64,000 nt of DNA, taken from NCBI GenBank assembly GCA_963829525.1, contig CAWHIJ010000003.1, positions 1,792,001 to 1,856,000 of the forward strand. Reading direction: 5' to 3'. Made by a program: the position numbers and the translations under genes. Source of the stretch: an uncultured Actinomycetota bacterium. GTDB taxonomy: Bacteria > Actinomycetota > Actinomycetes > JAHEKZ01. The notes under the pieces were generated by a model, which saw nothing but the letters and a program-made list of their open reading frames with translations, was not told where the DNA came from and did no database searches. Below are positions 51,884 through 62,474 of the stretch, piece by piece (position 1 is the first letter of the stretch; each line of letters begins with the position of its first letter).

Positions 51884-53064
51884 GAAGCAATAGCCCTCTC
51901 CAGCTCGGTCTCCAGGGCGGCAGCCAGGCGCTCGGTCACGAAGGGGACACCGATGCGGTCTCGCAGCTCGGCAAAAAAGCCAGTGACGACCAGTCGGCGC
52001 GCCTCCAGCTCAGGAATGCCCCGAGCCATCAGGTAGAAGAGCTGGTCGTCGTCGAGCCGCCCGGTGACACTTGCATGGCCAGCGCTCGCGACATCCCCGG
52101 TTTCGATCTCCAAGTTGGGGACGGAGTCCGCGCGCGGACCATCGGAGAGCAGCAAGTTGCGGTTGATCTCGTAGGTCTCGGTACCGACCGCCCCGGCTCT
52201 GATCAGAACATCGCCGATCCAGACCGAGTGCGCACCTTCGCCGATCAAGGCACCTTTGTAGTTCACGTTGCTACGGCAGTGCGGCTCGCTGTGGTCGACG
52301 AATATCCGGTGCTCGTGGTGCTGGTGGGGGTCGGTGAAGAAGAGCCCGAGCAGCTCGATGTCTCCCCCGGGGCCAGCGAACGTCACTTCAGGCGTGATCC
52401 TTAGGACCTCGCCGCCGAGTGACACCACGACGTGGACGACCCGTGAGTCGCGGCCGACCTCTATGTGGTGAGCGGACAGGTGAACGGTGTCAAGGTCCCA
52501 GTCGAGCAACGACACAACCGTGAGGTGGCCCTGGTCACCAACCTTGATTTCGAGATTGTCGGCATACGTCGCTGATCCCACATGGTCCAGTACCACGACG
52601 GCGGACGAGAACGCCTCGACCTCAAGCAGTATGTGACCGAAGTCAGCACCGGCCGCACTGCTGCCATGCGCGCGCACCACGATCGGCTCGGTGAGCTGCG
52701 TGTCCTGCGGCACAGTGAGCACGGTTGCCGTCGCGGCCGCGGAGAAGGCAAGTGCCGCGACACGTTCTGCTGGTACACCAACAGTCCCCAGCCTTGGGTC
52801 GCGTTGTGCGCCCCGATGAGCGACCCGCTCGACCTTGACATCGCTCGGCGCCTTCACCTCAACGGTGACGCTCCCGGACCCGACAACAGCCCCGACATCC
52901 TCGGTGAGCAGATCGCGAAGTTGAGCCATCGGGGTGAACCGCCACTCCTCTTCACGCCCCACGGGGACCGGGAAGTCTGCGGGGTTCGTCGACCGCAGAC
53001 GTTCACTGCGGTCAACAGCGGGAACATCCGGGCGCGTGCCGGACTTCTGGGACAACGGAGCCAC
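51880..53064 (-). CDS. sufD: Fe-S assembly protein SufD
   Basis: EEWRFT, PNLEI, AGHAS and LFYLMARGI motifs. Confidence 0.95.
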   Translation of the reverse strand: MAPLSQKSGTRPDVPAVDRSERLRSTNPADFPVPVGREEEWRFTPMAQLRDLLTEDVGAVVGSGSVTVEVKAPSDVKVERVAHRGAQRDPRLGTVGVPAERVAALAFSAAATATVLTVPQDTQLTEPIVVRAHGSSAAGADFGHILLEVEAFSSAVVVLDHVGSATYADNLEIKVGDQGHLTVVSLLDWDLDTVHLSAHHIEVGRDSRVVHVVVSLGGEVLRITPEVTFAGPGGDIELLGLFFTDPHQHHEHRIFVDHSEPHCRSNVNYKGALIGEGAHSVWIGDVLIRAGAVGTETYEINRNLLLSDGPRADSVPNLEIETGDVASAGHASVTGRLDDDQLFYLMARGIPELEARRLVVTGFFAELRDRIGVPFVTERLAAALETELERAIAS

Positions 53065-53066
53065 GG

Positions 53067-54479
53067 TCAGCCCACCGCCCCTTCCATCTGCAGCTCGATC
53101 AACCGGTTGAGCTCTAGGGCGTACTCCATGGGCAACTCGCGGGCAATCGGCTCCACGAAGCCGCGAACGATCATTGCCATCGCCTCGTCCTCGGTCATTC
53201 CGCGACTCATCAAGTAGAAGAGCTGGTCTTCGGAAAGCTTGGTAACCGTCGCCTCATGACCCATCGACACATCGTCTTCACGGATGTCGGCGTACGGATA
53301 GGTGTCGGAGCGGCTGATGTCGTCGACCAGCAGCGCATCGCACTTCACCGTCGACTTCGACCCGTGACACCCTTCCTTGATCTGGACCAGGCCACGGTAC
53401 GAAGTGCGTCCACCACCACGAGCCACCGATTTGGAGATCACGTTCGAGGAGGTGTTCGGGGCCGCGTGCACCATCTTTGACCCGGCATCTTGGTGCTGTC
53501 CCTCACCTGCGAAGGCGACCGAGAGGGTCTCACCCTTCGCGTGCTCACCGACGAGCCACACGGCCGGGTACTTCATGGTGACCTTGGAGCCGATGTTGCC
53601 ATCGACCCATTCCATCGTGGCGCCCTCGTGAGCAACGGCTCGCTTCGTGACGAGGTTGTACACGTTGTTCGACCAGTTCTGGATGGTGGTGTACCTGCAT
53701 CGGGCATTCTTCTTCACGATGATCTCGACAACAGCTGAGTGAAGTGAGTCGCTGGAGTAGATCGGAGCCGTACAACCCTCGACGTAGTGCACGTAGGCAC
53801 CTTCATCGACGACGATCAGCGTGCGTTCGAACTGACCCATGTTCTCGGTGTTGATCCGGAAGTAGGCCTGCAGGGGGATCTCCACGTTGACGCCCTTGGG
53901 CACGTAGATGAAGGATCCGCCAGACCATACGGCGCTGTTCAAGGCTGCAAACTTGTTGTCGCCAGAGGGAATCACGGTGCCGAAGTACTCGCGAAAGAGC
54001 TCAGGCTGCTCGCGAAGCGCCGTGTCGGTGTCGAGGAAGAGCACGCCCTGCTGCTCGAGGTCCTCGCGGATGGTGTGGTAAACCACCTCGGACTCGTACT
54101 GCGCCGCAACGCCCGCAACCAGACGCTGCTTCTCAGCCTCGGGGATGCCCAGCTTGTCGTAGGTGTTCTTGATGTCCTCGGGAAGCTCTTCCCATGACGT
54201 TGCCTGTCTCTCCGTGGAGCGGACGAAGTACTTGATGTTGTCGAAGTCGATCCCGGTGAGGTCCGACCCCCACGTGGGCATGGGTTTCTTGCCGAACAGG
54301 CGCAATGCCTTCAGTCGGTAGTCGAGCATCCACTCTGGCTCGTTCTTCTTCGACGAGATGTCGCGGACGACCGCTTCAGACAGCCCGCGTTGGGCGGCGC
54401 TGCCAGCAGCGTCTTGGTCGTGCCATCCGAACTCGTAGGTGCCGAGTCCGTCGAGCTCTGGATGGGCCGTGGTGCTCAT
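53067..54479 (-). CDS. sufB: Fe-S assembly protein SufB
   Basis: [15 protein letters not shown] and [11 protein letters not shown] motifs. Confidence 0.97.
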   Translation of the reverse strand: MSTTAHPELDGLGTYEFGWHDQDAAGSAAQRGLSEAVVRDISSKKNEPEWMLDYRLKALRLFGKKPMPTWGSDLTGIDFDNIKYFVRSTERQATSWEELPEDIKNTYDKLGIPEAEKQRLVAGVAAQYESEVVYHTIREDLEQQGVLFLDTDTALREQPELFREYFGTVIPSGDNKFAALNSAVWSGGSFIYVPKGVNVEIPLQAYFRINTENMGQFERTLIVVDEGAYVHYVEGCTAPIYSSDSLHSAVVEIIVKKNARCRYTTIQNWSNNVYNLVTKRAVAHEGATMEWVDGNIGSKVTMKYPAVWLVGEHAKGETLSVAFAGEGQHQDAGSKMVHAAPNTSSNVISKSVARGGGRTSYRGLVQIKEGCHGSKSTVKCDALLVDDISRSDTYPYADIREDDVSMGHEATVTKLSEDQLFYLMSRGMTEDEAMAMIVRGFVEPIARELPMEYALELNRLIELQMEGAVG

Positions 54480-55246
54480 GCGGAGGTCCTCTCCGTCGTG
54501 GGTGAATCCATGGGTGACCTTCTGACCGAAATCGGGATGACTGTGGTGCACACGCCGTCACCGTTGGCAATCGTGGCGAGGCGTTGGACATGGCGCCCCA
54601 ACAGCCTGCCGAATGCCTCGGTCTCGGCTTCGCAGAGCTGGGGGTACTGCCCTGCGACGTGAGCCACGGGGCAGTGGTGCTGGCACACCTGAACCCCTGC
54701 CGGCGCAGGATCGACACTGGTGGCGAATCCGAGGTCGCCCAAGGCGGCCGCGAACGCGTGCACCTGGTCGCTCTCTGAGGCCAGTCGCCAGTCGTTACCG
54801 AGGATGCCCCTGAGCCGTGCCTCGAGCGCAGCGCCTCGTGACTCGGCAAAGGCCATGACCGCATCGTGTCCGCCAAGTGCTTCGACGAAGGCGAGCGCTT
54901 CTACCGCGAGCTCGTCGTACTCGGCGGGGAACTGTGCGCGTCCCTCTGCTGTCAGGGCGAAGGTGCGAGCGGGACGACCTCGGCCGCGGGCGGGCCGGGG
55001 ACCGTATGGCGGCCGATCGGTGGCCTCGACCATGCCGTCTGCGCTCAGGCTGTCGAGATGACGGCGCACTGCGGTGGAGCTGATTCCCAGACGACCCGCC
55101 AGGAGTGACGCGGTTGCCGGGCCCTCGTTCAAAAGTGACGCCGCCACCCGGTCACGTCCGGCACCATCAGCAACGGCATCGTGCGAGCGGTGGCGGCTCC
55201 CAGCTATGGGAGTCGGGCTGCTGGAAGCCGGGCTGGCGATTTTCAC
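54476..55246 (-). CDS. sufR: Suf operon repressor
   Basis: HTH AVRRHL, RGRP and CQHHCP..LC..C Fe-S ligands; heads the suf operon. Confidence 0.88.
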   Translation of the reverse strand: MKIASPASSSPTPIAGSRHRSHDAVADGAGRDRVAASLLNEGPATASLLAGRLGISSTAVRRHLDSLSADGMVEATDRPPYGPRPARGRGRPARTFALTAEGRAQFPAEYDELAVEALAFVEALGGHDAVMAFAESRGAALEARLRGILGNDWRLASESDQVHAFAAALGDLGFATSVDPAPAGVQVCQHHCPVAHVAGQYPQLCEAETEAFGRLLGRHVQRLATIANGDGVCTTVIPISVRRSPMDSPTTERTSA

Positions 55247-55259
55247 AACTCCATTGTTG
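55246..55259. promoter_or_regulatory. SufR box candidate
   Basis: CAAC-TCCATT-GTTG (CAAC-N6-GTTG) flanked by TTTT/AAAA, at the sufR start. Confidence 0.6.
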
Positions 55260-55310
55260 CGTAAAAGGCCGCCTCCCGCACCTCCGGGGGTGCTTCCCTA
55301 GGCTCTGGGC

Positions 55311-56252
55311 GTGTCCGAACCCCATCCGGTCCCTGCCGACCGGCCAGCGCTCGTGGTCTCTGGCCTCGTCAAACGCTACGGCGATCGTGCTGTGGTCGAC
55401 TCGCTCGACTTGGTGGCCGATCGCGGTGCTGTGACAGCAGTTCTTGGCCCCAACGGTGCCGGCAAGACCACGACCCTGGAGATCTGTGAGGGTCTTCGTC
55501 GCCCGGATGCCGGAACCGTTGAGGTGCTCGGCAGAGCACCGCAAGACGAAGCGCTGCGCTCAAGAGTCGGCGTGATGCTGCAGGAGGGGGGCGTCTATGG
55601 CTCGGTGACCCCACGCGAAGCCTTGCGGCACGCGGCTGCGCTCTATCGGCGGCCACAGCCTGTCGCTGACCTGATCCAGGCCCTCGGCCTTGGCGAGGTG
55701 TCTGCTCTCCCCACGCGCCGGCTCTCCGGAGGCCAACGGCAGCGTTTGGGCGTGGCGCTCGCGATCGTCGGTCGGCCCGAACTGCTCTTCCTCGACGAGC
55801 CCTCCGCGGGGCTCGACCCGCAGTCGCGGCACGCGGTGTGGGATCTGATCGGCTCGCTCCGGACCGCCGGTGTCGCCGTTGTCCTGACCACGCACTACCT
55901 CGAGGAGGCCGAGCAGCTGGCAGACCACGTGGTGATCGTTGACCACGGACGCACAATCGCTGCCGGGAGCCCCCAGGACCTTGTCGCGACAGCGGCATTG
56001 GCCACGCTCCGCTTCACCACCGATCCGGACTTGGACGTTGCTGAGCTCCAGGCTCGGCTGCCTCAGGGCAGCACCGCTGCTGAGACCGCGCCTGGCAAGT
56101 ACCTGGTCGCTACTGCACATCTCACCGACGCCATCGCGCAGGTCACCTCCTGGTGTGCGCAAAACGGCGTCTCCCCGACCAGCATCAACTCTGAGCAACG
56201 CACCCTCGAGGACGTCTTCCTGGAGCTCACCGGAGAGGAGTTGCGCCCGTGA
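55311..56252 (+). CDS. ABC-2 transporter ATP-binding protein
   Basis: GPNGAGKT, LSGGQ, FLDEP and TLEDVFL motifs. Confidence 0.92.
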   Translation: MSEPHPVPADRPALVVSGLVKRYGDRAVVDSLDLVADRGAVTAVLGPNGAGKTTTLEICEGLRRPDAGTVEVLGRAPQDEALRSRVGVMLQEGGVYGSVTPREALRHAAALYRRPQPVADLIQALGLGEVSALPTRRLSGGQRQRLGVALAIVGRPELLFLDEPSAGLDPQSRHAVWDLIGSLRTAGVAVVLTTHYLEEAEQLADHVVIVDHGRTIAAGSPQDLVATAALATLRFTTDPDLDVAELQARLPQGSTAAETAPGKYLVATAHLTDAIAQVTSWCAQNGVSPTSINSEQRTLEDVFLELTGEELRP

Positions 56253-57016
56253 TCGATGTCACTCCTCAACCAGCGGCAGCCCCCAGGCTCAGCAGAGTGT
56301 TGGCCCACGCCCGACTCGAGCTCACGATGCTCATGCGCAATGGCGAGCAGCTGCTCCTCACAGTGGTGCTGCCCGTCGGGTTGCTTCTGGTTCTCACGCT
56401 TACCGAGATCATCGACATCGGTGGCGACACCCGACTGCAACGCCTGGGCCTCGTCGTCCCCAGCATGTTCGCCCTCGCGGTGTTATCCACGTCCTTCACT
56501 GCCCTGGCGATCCAGACCGGCTTCGAGCGGCGATACGGCGTTTTACGCCGTATCGGCACGACCCCGCTCTCGAAGGGCGACATTCTGGCCGGCAAAGCGG
56601 TCGCCGTGCTGGCAATAGAGGCCGCCCAGGTCGTGGCGCTGGGCGCGTTGGGTGCTGCGCTCGGATGGCGACCAGACCCGGTTGGCCTGCTCTTGGCAGT
56701 GCCGCTGATCCTCCTCGGCAGCGCCACCCTCGCCTCGTTGGCACTTCTTCTGGCCGGCGTCGTACGGGCCGAGGCCACGCTGGCCGTCGCCAACCTCGCC
56801 TATTTGGTGCTGGCCAGCGCTGGAGTCGTCGTCCCGGTCGCCAAGGCTCCTTCGAGTATTCAGCCGCTGCTCGATTTGCTCCCGTCGGCAGCCCTTGCCG
56901 AGAGCCTGCGAATGGCAACGATCGCCGGCACCGTCGACTGGTCCTTGGTCCTCGTACTCGTGGTGTGGTGCGCCGCCGGCACTTTGGCCGTCGGTCGCTG
57001 GTTCCAGTGGGACTGA
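56249..57016 (+). CDS. ABC-2 transporter permease
   Basis: RNGEQLLLT, FERRYG.L, about 6 TM, FQWD end. Confidence 0.9.
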   Translation: MIDVTPQPAAAPRLSRVLAHARLELTMLMRNGEQLLLTVVLPVGLLLVLTLTEIIDIGGDTRLQRLGLVVPSMFALAVLSTSFTALAIQTGFERRYGVLRRIGTTPLSKGDILAGKAVAVLAIEAAQVVALGALGAALGWRPDPVGLLLAVPLILLGSATLASLALLLAGVVRAEATLAVANLAYLVLASAGVVVPVAKAPSSIQPLLDLLPSAALAESLRMATIAGTVDWSLVLVLVVWCAAGTLAVGRWFQWD

Positions 57017-57148
57017 GCCCGTTCTCGACGCCAGGCCAGGCGAAAACTTGTTCAGATGTTGTGCATCCATGCCCAGCCCGTCGGGAGAAGAGAGGCGTAT
57101 CAGACGGTCAGCCGGACGGGCGCCGTCACCGACGAGGGAGTCTGCTCC

Positions 57149-57961
57149 ATGTCAGCATCACGTACCCGCCGCGCAGGGGCCGTCTTGGCTCTTGCGCTCC
57201 CCCTAGCCTTGTTCCCCTTGGCATCTGCCAACGCAGCCGAAGACGCCCAGGTCTCAGTGCTCCACGGCATCCCAGACCTGACCGTTGATGTCTACGTCAA
57301 TGGCGACCTGACGCTCGACGACTTCAAGCCGGGCGACCTTGCCGGGCCGCTAGCCCTTCCGGCTGACACGTACTCCGTCGAGATCACCGACGCCAAGGAC
57401 AAGAAGACCGTGCTTCTCGGCCCGGCAGACGTCACCGTTGCCGCGGGCGGCAACTACACGATTGTCGCCAACCTGGATGCAAAGGGAAACCCGACGGTCA
57501 CCCCGTTTGAGAACGACATCTCCGAGGTTGCAGCAGGCGAGGCGCGGGTGACCGTTCGCCACGTGGCTGCAGCGCCGAAGGTCAACATCGAGGCGAACGG
57601 TGACGTCCTGGCTCCCGGACTCGTCAACGGTGACGAGGCTGTGGCAGATGTGCCAGCCGACTCCTATGACGTCGCGATCGTTCCGGCCAGCGGCGGAGCC
57701 GCTGTCTGGCAAGAGAATGTCGACCTTGCGGAGGGCGTGAACACGATCGCCTATGCGTGGGGATCGCTTGCCGATGGTTCCTTCGCCGTCGCGGTGCAGA
57801 CCATCGATGGCCTGCACTCGGCCCCGGGTGCGGTGCACGCCGGCGAGGTCGGGCTCGCTGACGGTGGTGCCGGCACCAGCCCATGGTTGATCGGTGCACT
57901 CGTTGGGTCACTCCTGGTCGGATCGGCCGCGGCTGTTCGCCTCGTCCAGGTCCGCAGCTAG
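57149..57961 (+). CDS. DUF4397 domain secreted protein with C-terminal anchor (probable sortase substrate)
   Basis: Signal peptide, HGIP...VDVYVNG, RHVAAAP, C-terminal PGAVHAG + TM + basic tail. Confidence 0.82.
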   Translation: MSASRTRRAGAVLALALPLALFPLASANAAEDAQVSVLHGIPDLTVDVYVNGDLTLDDFKPGDLAGPLALPADTYSVEITDAKDKKTVLLGPADVTVAAGGNYTIVANLDAKGNPTVTPFENDISEVAAGEARVTVRHVAAAPKVNIEANGDVLAPGLVNGDEAVADVPADSYDVAIVPASGGAAVWQENVDLAEGVNTIAYAWGSLADGSFAVAVQTIDGLHSAPGAVHAGEVGLADGGAGTSPWLIGALVGSLLVGSAAAVRLVQVRS

Positions 57962-57989
57962 TCGGTCTCGTACCGGACAGCTGACGACC

Positions 57990-58676
57990 ATGCGTCGGAC
58001 ACGCTCCACTGTCACCGCGGCGGCCGCACTTGCGGTCGCCGCGGTGACAGCCGTGTCCGCATCGGTGGCGTTAGCCACGGCCGGTAGCAACGATCGCCCT
58101 GAGTTCGAGCGATCACCGGCCGCCAGCGAGACCTCAGAGCCGACGCAATCTCCTGAGAGACGGGGCGGCTCTGAGCGGCACGGCTCAGCACCGACAACGT
58201 CCGCCCAGATTCTGGATACCGCAGCGGAAAGCCCGGCGCCCACACGTCTGACCATCAACGCACTCGACGTAGACGCCCCCGTTGTTCCCTCTGGCGTCAC
58301 CAGAGCTGGAAACGCCGAGATACCGGGCGACGGTGACGTGGTGGGCTGGTACGAGTTCGGTAGTTCCCCCGGTGACACCGAGGGAAGCGCGGTGCTGATC
58401 GGGCACCGCGACACCGAGGCCGAGGGGCCAGGCGCGCTCTTCGACCTCGACATGATCGAGCGCGGCGACACCATCACCGTTCGTTCGGGCAAGACCCAGT
58501 TCCGGTATGTCGTCGTTGCGCTCCGAAGCATCGACAAGGACGGGCTCCCTAGCACCCTCTTCCGGCGAGGTGGGCCGCACCAACTCGTTGTGATTACCTG
58601 CGGAGGCGCCTACATTCCCGAAGCTGGCGGCTACCAGGAGAACCTGATTGCAGTCGCAGTCCCGGAGGACCGATGA
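57990..58676 (+). CDS. Class F sortase
   Basis: VGWY, PG..GSAVLIGHRD and LVVITCGG motifs. Confidence 0.88.
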   Translation: MRRTRSTVTAAAALAVAAVTAVSASVALATAGSNDRPEFERSPAASETSEPTQSPERRGGSERHGSAPTTSAQILDTAAESPAPTRLTINALDVDAPVVPSGVTRAGNAEIPGDGDVVGWYEFGSSPGDTEGSAVLIGHRDTEAEGPGALFDLDMIERGDTITVRSGKTQFRYVVVALRSIDKDGLPSTLFRRGGPHQLVVITCGGAYIPEAGGYQENLIAVAVPEDR

Positions 58677-59332
58677 GCTCATCGGTCCTTCTACGGTTCC
58701 CGAATCGCGCTACCGTGGTTGACGTGGATCCGCCCTCAGTGGCGGACGGCCCCCTGGGAGGGTCGTCCGGCCCCCCTCGAGACTCGGTGACCGACAGCGC
58801 GGTCGGCGTCGCGTTTGCCGATGGTCAGGAGTGGGCGCTGGAGGAGGCATACCGCCGCTGGGGAGCATTGATCCACTCGGTCGCGCAGCGAGCCACCGGC
58901 AGCACACATGATGCCGACGATGTCGTGCAGGCCGTGTTCGTGTCCGCGTGGCGCGGCAGACACCGCTACTCGCCCGACCATGCCGCCCTTCCCGCCTGGC
59001 TCTTGGGAATCACCAAGCGACGGGTCGCCGACCACTGGGAATCACGCACCCGAGAACAACGTCGCATTGATGCTGCTGGACGTGCATCCGAATTGGTCCC
59101 TGCGGCTGAAGACTCTTTGGAGAAGGTCGCTGACCGGGTGCTCATCGCCGATGAGCTCTCGCGTCTTGACCAGCCACAGAAAGAGATCATGGAACTTGCG
59201 TTCTTCGACGACCTGACGCACCACCAGATCGCCGAACGCCTCGCAATGCCCCTGGGAACGGTCAAGAGCCACATTCGGCGCAGCCTGATGCGCCTGAGGA
59301 GCAGATTGGAGGTCGACGGTGTCGCAGTCTGA
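58673..59332 (+). CDS. ECF RNA polymerase sigma factor (SigK-like)
   Basis: DADDVVQAVFVSAW, WLLGI and PLGTVKSHIRR; alternative leaderless start GTG 58724. Confidence 0.9.
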   Translation: MSSSVLLRFPNRATVVDVDPPSVADGPLGGSSGPPRDSVTDSAVGVAFADGQEWALEEAYRRWGALIHSVAQRATGSTHDADDVVQAVFVSAWRGRHRYSPDHAALPAWLLGITKRRVADHWESRTREQRRIDAAGRASELVPAAEDSLEKVADRVLIADELSRLDQPQKEIMELAFFDDLTHHQIAERLAMPLGTVKSHIRRSLMRLRSRLEVDGVAV

Positions 59333-60071
59333 GATCCATGCCCCGGTCGACCTCCTGGCCTTGCACGCCATGGGCGATCCGCTCCCTGACGCCATCGGCC
59401 GTCACGTGGCCGGCTGTCGCCAGTGCCAGGCCGAGCTCAATCAGTGGTCGGAGGTCATCGACACAGCACGCTCGACGACGGCTGACGATGTGCCACGCAG
59501 TCCGTCTCCTGAGGTCTGGCAGGCGATTACCGATGAACTTGGCCTCCTCTCGACCGCCCAAGAGCCGTCCAGCTCGTCAGCCCCGGTCGCGCAGGTTGTT
59601 TCGATCGACAATCGGCACCGCCGCTGGCCAACGAGCTGGCTCGTTGCTGCCTCAGTTGCCGGAATCCTCGGTGGCGCGCTTCTCACCGCTGGTGGCGTTG
59701 CGCTCAACGACTCCGAGCCCGAACCGCAGCCGGTCGCCGGTCCTGTTGTCGCCAGCACGTCACTCGCGGCTCTGCCGAAGCACGAGGGGGGTGGGGAAGC
59801 AGAGATCGTTTCCACCCCGAACGGTAAAGAGCTCGTCGTCGACGTATCAAACTTAAGTACCGGAGACGGCTTCTACGAAGTGTGGCTGATCGATCCCGAG
59901 ACCTTTCAGATGATCGGCCTCGGGGCCCTGGCCAACGATGCGGGTCGGTTCCCGATCCCCGATGGTCTCGACCTCAGCCAATACACCGTCGTCGACGTGT
60001 CGTTGGAGCCCTTCGACGGAGATCCGGTGCACTCACGCGACTCGGTGGTCCGAGGAGAGCTTTCTACCTGA
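59319..60071 (+). CDS. Anti-sigma factor (RskA-like, ZAS motif)
   Basis: HVAGCRQC (HxxxCxxC), TM segment, YEVWL and VSLEP. Confidence 0.88.
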   Translation: MSQSEIHAPVDLLALHAMGDPLPDAIGRHVAGCRQCQAELNQWSEVIDTARSTTADDVPRSPSPEVWQAITDELGLLSTAQEPSSSSAPVAQVVSIDNRHRRWPTSWLVAASVAGILGGALLTAGGVALNDSEPEPQPVAGPVVASTSLAALPKHEGGGEAEIVSTPNGKELVVDVSNLSTGDGFYEVWLIDPETFQMIGLGALANDAGRFPIPDGLDLSQYTVVDVSLEPFDGDPVHSRDSVVRGELST

Positions 60072-60089
60072 CGCAGTTACCCTGACCTG

Positions 60090-61136
60090 GTGACCGCACC
60101 ATCGTTTGAAGCCCTGCCAGCGGCTCAGTCAGTTGCTGAGCCAGGTGTCGCGGGTCAATCGCGAAGCCGGGCTGTCGGCACCGTTGGTCGGCGCATCCTG
60201 TTTGCGAACGTGGTTGCCGAAGTTGGGATCGTCGTCACCGGTGGCCTGGTCCGACTCACTGGCTCAGGTCTGGGGTGTCCAACCTGGCCCGAGTGCACTG
60301 ACGACAGCCTCGTCCCCGTTACGTCACAGTCGGAGGGCTTCCACAAGTTCATCGAGTTCGGCAACCGCCTCCTGACCTTCGCGGTGCTGATCGCGGCCGT
60401 GGCTGCACTGGTCGTGGTTCTCCGGCCATGGCTCGCCAAGCGGCTCCCCGGCATTTCTTTGCTCGGCGAGCCTGGACCGGTACGCCGTCCACTCGTGGGG
60501 ATGGCTGTTGCTGTCAACCTCGGGATCGTCGCTCAAGCTGCACTCGGTGGCATTACCGTGCTGCTCAATTTGAACCCTGCAGTCGTCGCTGCCCACTTCT
60601 TGCTCTCGATGGCGATGATTGCAGCCGCCTATCTGCTGTACCGTCGCGGCTCCGACCCAGGTGATCGGCCCATGACCATCGTCGTACGACAAGAACTGCG
60701 TTGGGTCGCTTATGCCCTGGTTGTCTTCTGCGTCGCAGTCCTGGTGCTCGGCACCGTCGTGACCGGTTCGGGACCGCACTCGGGCGACGCAGATGCGATC
60801 GCCAGGTTCGGTCTCGACGTCCGCATGGTCAGCTGGCTGCACGCCGACATGGTGATGCTCTTCCTGGGTCTGGCCCTCGCCTACACTCTCGGCGCGCGCC
60901 TGTCCGCCGCTCCCAGCCATGCCATGCGTGCTGGACTTGCTCTGTTGTTGGCTTGTCTGGCGCAGGGTGCGATCGGGTACACCCAATACTTCACTGGCGT
61001 ACCTGTCCCCTTGGTTTCGCTGCACATGCTCGGAGCATGCCTGGTGTGGGTGGCAACGCTGGAAGTTCTGGTCAGCACCCGCACCCGGGGAGCCACCACC
61101 GAACGCGCGGCCGAGCGCTCAGTCGTCGTCTCCTGA
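60090..61136 (+). CDS. ctaA: Heme A synthase (COX15/CtaA)
   Basis: RLTGSGLGCPTWPEC, IEFGNR and GSGPHSGD motifs. Confidence 0.9.
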   Translation: MTAPSFEALPAAQSVAEPGVAGQSRSRAVGTVGRRILFANVVAEVGIVVTGGLVRLTGSGLGCPTWPECTDDSLVPVTSQSEGFHKFIEFGNRLLTFAVLIAAVAALVVVLRPWLAKRLPGISLLGEPGPVRRPLVGMAVAVNLGIVAQAALGGITVLLNLNPAVVAAHFLLSMAMIAAAYLLYRRGSDPGDRPMTIVVRQELRWVAYALVVFCVAVLVLGTVVTGSGPHSGDADAIARFGLDVRMVSWLHADMVMLFLGLALAYTLGARLSAAPSHAMRAGLALLLACLAQGAIGYTQYFTGVPVPLVSLHMLGACLVWVATLEVLVSTRTRGATTERAAERSVVVS

Positions 61137-61724
61137 GCTGTTGTCCACCTGGCTGATGCCCGACGGCACCCCCGAGATGCAACGCACCTGGAGCGTTACC
61201 TCATTGGAGCTACTCGCGAACTTGATCTCGGCCTCGGCCGCCGGCCCGCGCTGTACCTCGTCGACGCGGTAGCCAACCGCGGGACTCCAAGACCTCAGGG
61301 TCACCGAGCCCGAAGTGCAGGCTGCCACGACACTGCCACCACGGGAGGCGATGGTGCGCGCGACCGTCTTGGGCGCTGAACTGGACGACTTCGTCGGCGC
61401 TGGTTTCGGAGAGGATGAGCTCGTTGGGGCCTGCGACGGCTTGGTGGTCGACTGAGATGTCGGCTGCTGTGTCTCCTTGCCTGTTGGCTTGCTGCTGGGC
61501 TTGTTTAGTGGCTTCGGCTTGGTGGGGGACGACTTATCGGGGGTCGGCGTGGCCGCGGGACCGGCCGTCGAAAGGCGTGACGCCACCTCACCTGAACTGA
61601 GGACGGGCATGGACGCCGGTGTCACGGCGTTTCCGACCATCTGAACGGCGACCCAGCCACTCACAATGGCGACGACAACGAACGCCACCCATAGGGCCGT
61701 CGTTCCTGCTCGCGACCTCGGCAT
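61119..61724 (-). CDS. Hypothetical membrane-anchored/secreted protein with Pro/Ser/Thr linker
   Basis: N-terminal TM, low-complexity linker, C-terminal GG.V.A.C...SWSPA.GY domain; GGAGG RBS. Confidence 0.72.
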   Translation of the reverse strand: MPRSRAGTTALWVAFVVVAIVSGWVAVQMVGNAVTPASMPVLSSGEVASRLSTAGPAATPTPDKSSPTKPKPLNKPSSKPTGKETQQPTSQSTTKPSQAPTSSSSPKPAPTKSSSSAPKTVARTIASRGGSVVAACTSGSVTLRSWSPAVGYRVDEVQRGPAAEAEIKFASSSNEVTLQVRCISGVPSGISQVDNSSGDDD

Positions 61725-61784
61725 ACCTCCAGTGTGCGCCCTGCTGCCCACCGAACAGAGCACCGGGGCAGATACGCTCAGAAC

Positions 61785-62471
61785 GTGGCTCACGTATTGG
61801 TCATCGAGGACGACCCTTCCATCCGCACTGCCGTCCTCCGCGCCCTGGACGACCTCGGCCACGCCGTCACCAGCGCCCCCGACGCCCTGACGGGCCTCCG
61901 CTCTGCCGTCGAAGAGGCCCCGGACATCATCGTGCTCGATCTGGGCCTGCCCGACCTCGACGGTTCTGAAGTTCTCCGGATGTTACGGGCCGTCAGCGAG
62001 ATACCCGTCATTGTGGCAACGGCGCGAGACGATGACCCCACGGCTGTTCGGGCGCTAAATGCCGGAGCCGACGACTTCCTCGCCAAACCCTTTACCGCCG
62101 CCCAGCTCGACGCCCGCATTCGCGCCGTTCTGCGCCGGTCGCAGGCACCCGGGACACCGAGTGATCTGGTCGTCGACGGCCTTCGGCTCTCCCCTACCGG
62201 ACGCACAGCCCTGCTGGATGGAGAGTCGCTGGATCTGACGCCACGGGAGTTCGACCTCCTGCACTACCTGATGGAGCGCCCTAACGTCGTGGTCGGCAAG
62301 CGGGAGCTCATGACAGAGGTCTGGCAATTGCCGCCCTCCGGCGCCGACAAGACTGTTGACGTTCACCTGTCCTGGCTGCGACGCAAGCTGGGCGAGACGG
62401 CAGCCGAGCCGCGGTTGCTGCACACGGTGCGGGGTGTGGGCATCAAGCTCGCACCGCCGGCCGAGGGCTGA
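61785..62471 (+). CDS. OmpR-family response regulator
   Basis: IEDD, LDLGLP, KPF, LTPREF and TVRGVG motifs. Confidence 0.94.
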   Translation: MAHVLVIEDDPSIRTAVLRALDDLGHAVTSAPDALTGLRSAVEEAPDIIVLDLGLPDLDGSEVLRMLRAVSEIPVIVATARDDDPTAVRALNAGADDFLAKPFTAAQLDARIRAVLRRSQAPGTPSDLVVDGLRLSPTGRTALLDGESLDLTPREFDLLHYLMERPNVVVGKRELMTEVWQLPPSGADKTVDVHLSWLRRKLGETAAEPRLLHTVRGVGIKLAPPAEG

Positions 62472-62474
62472 CCG

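Noticed and set aside
53067-54479. SufB intein
   Set aside because: VEGCTAPIY is uninterrupted and the protein has normal length
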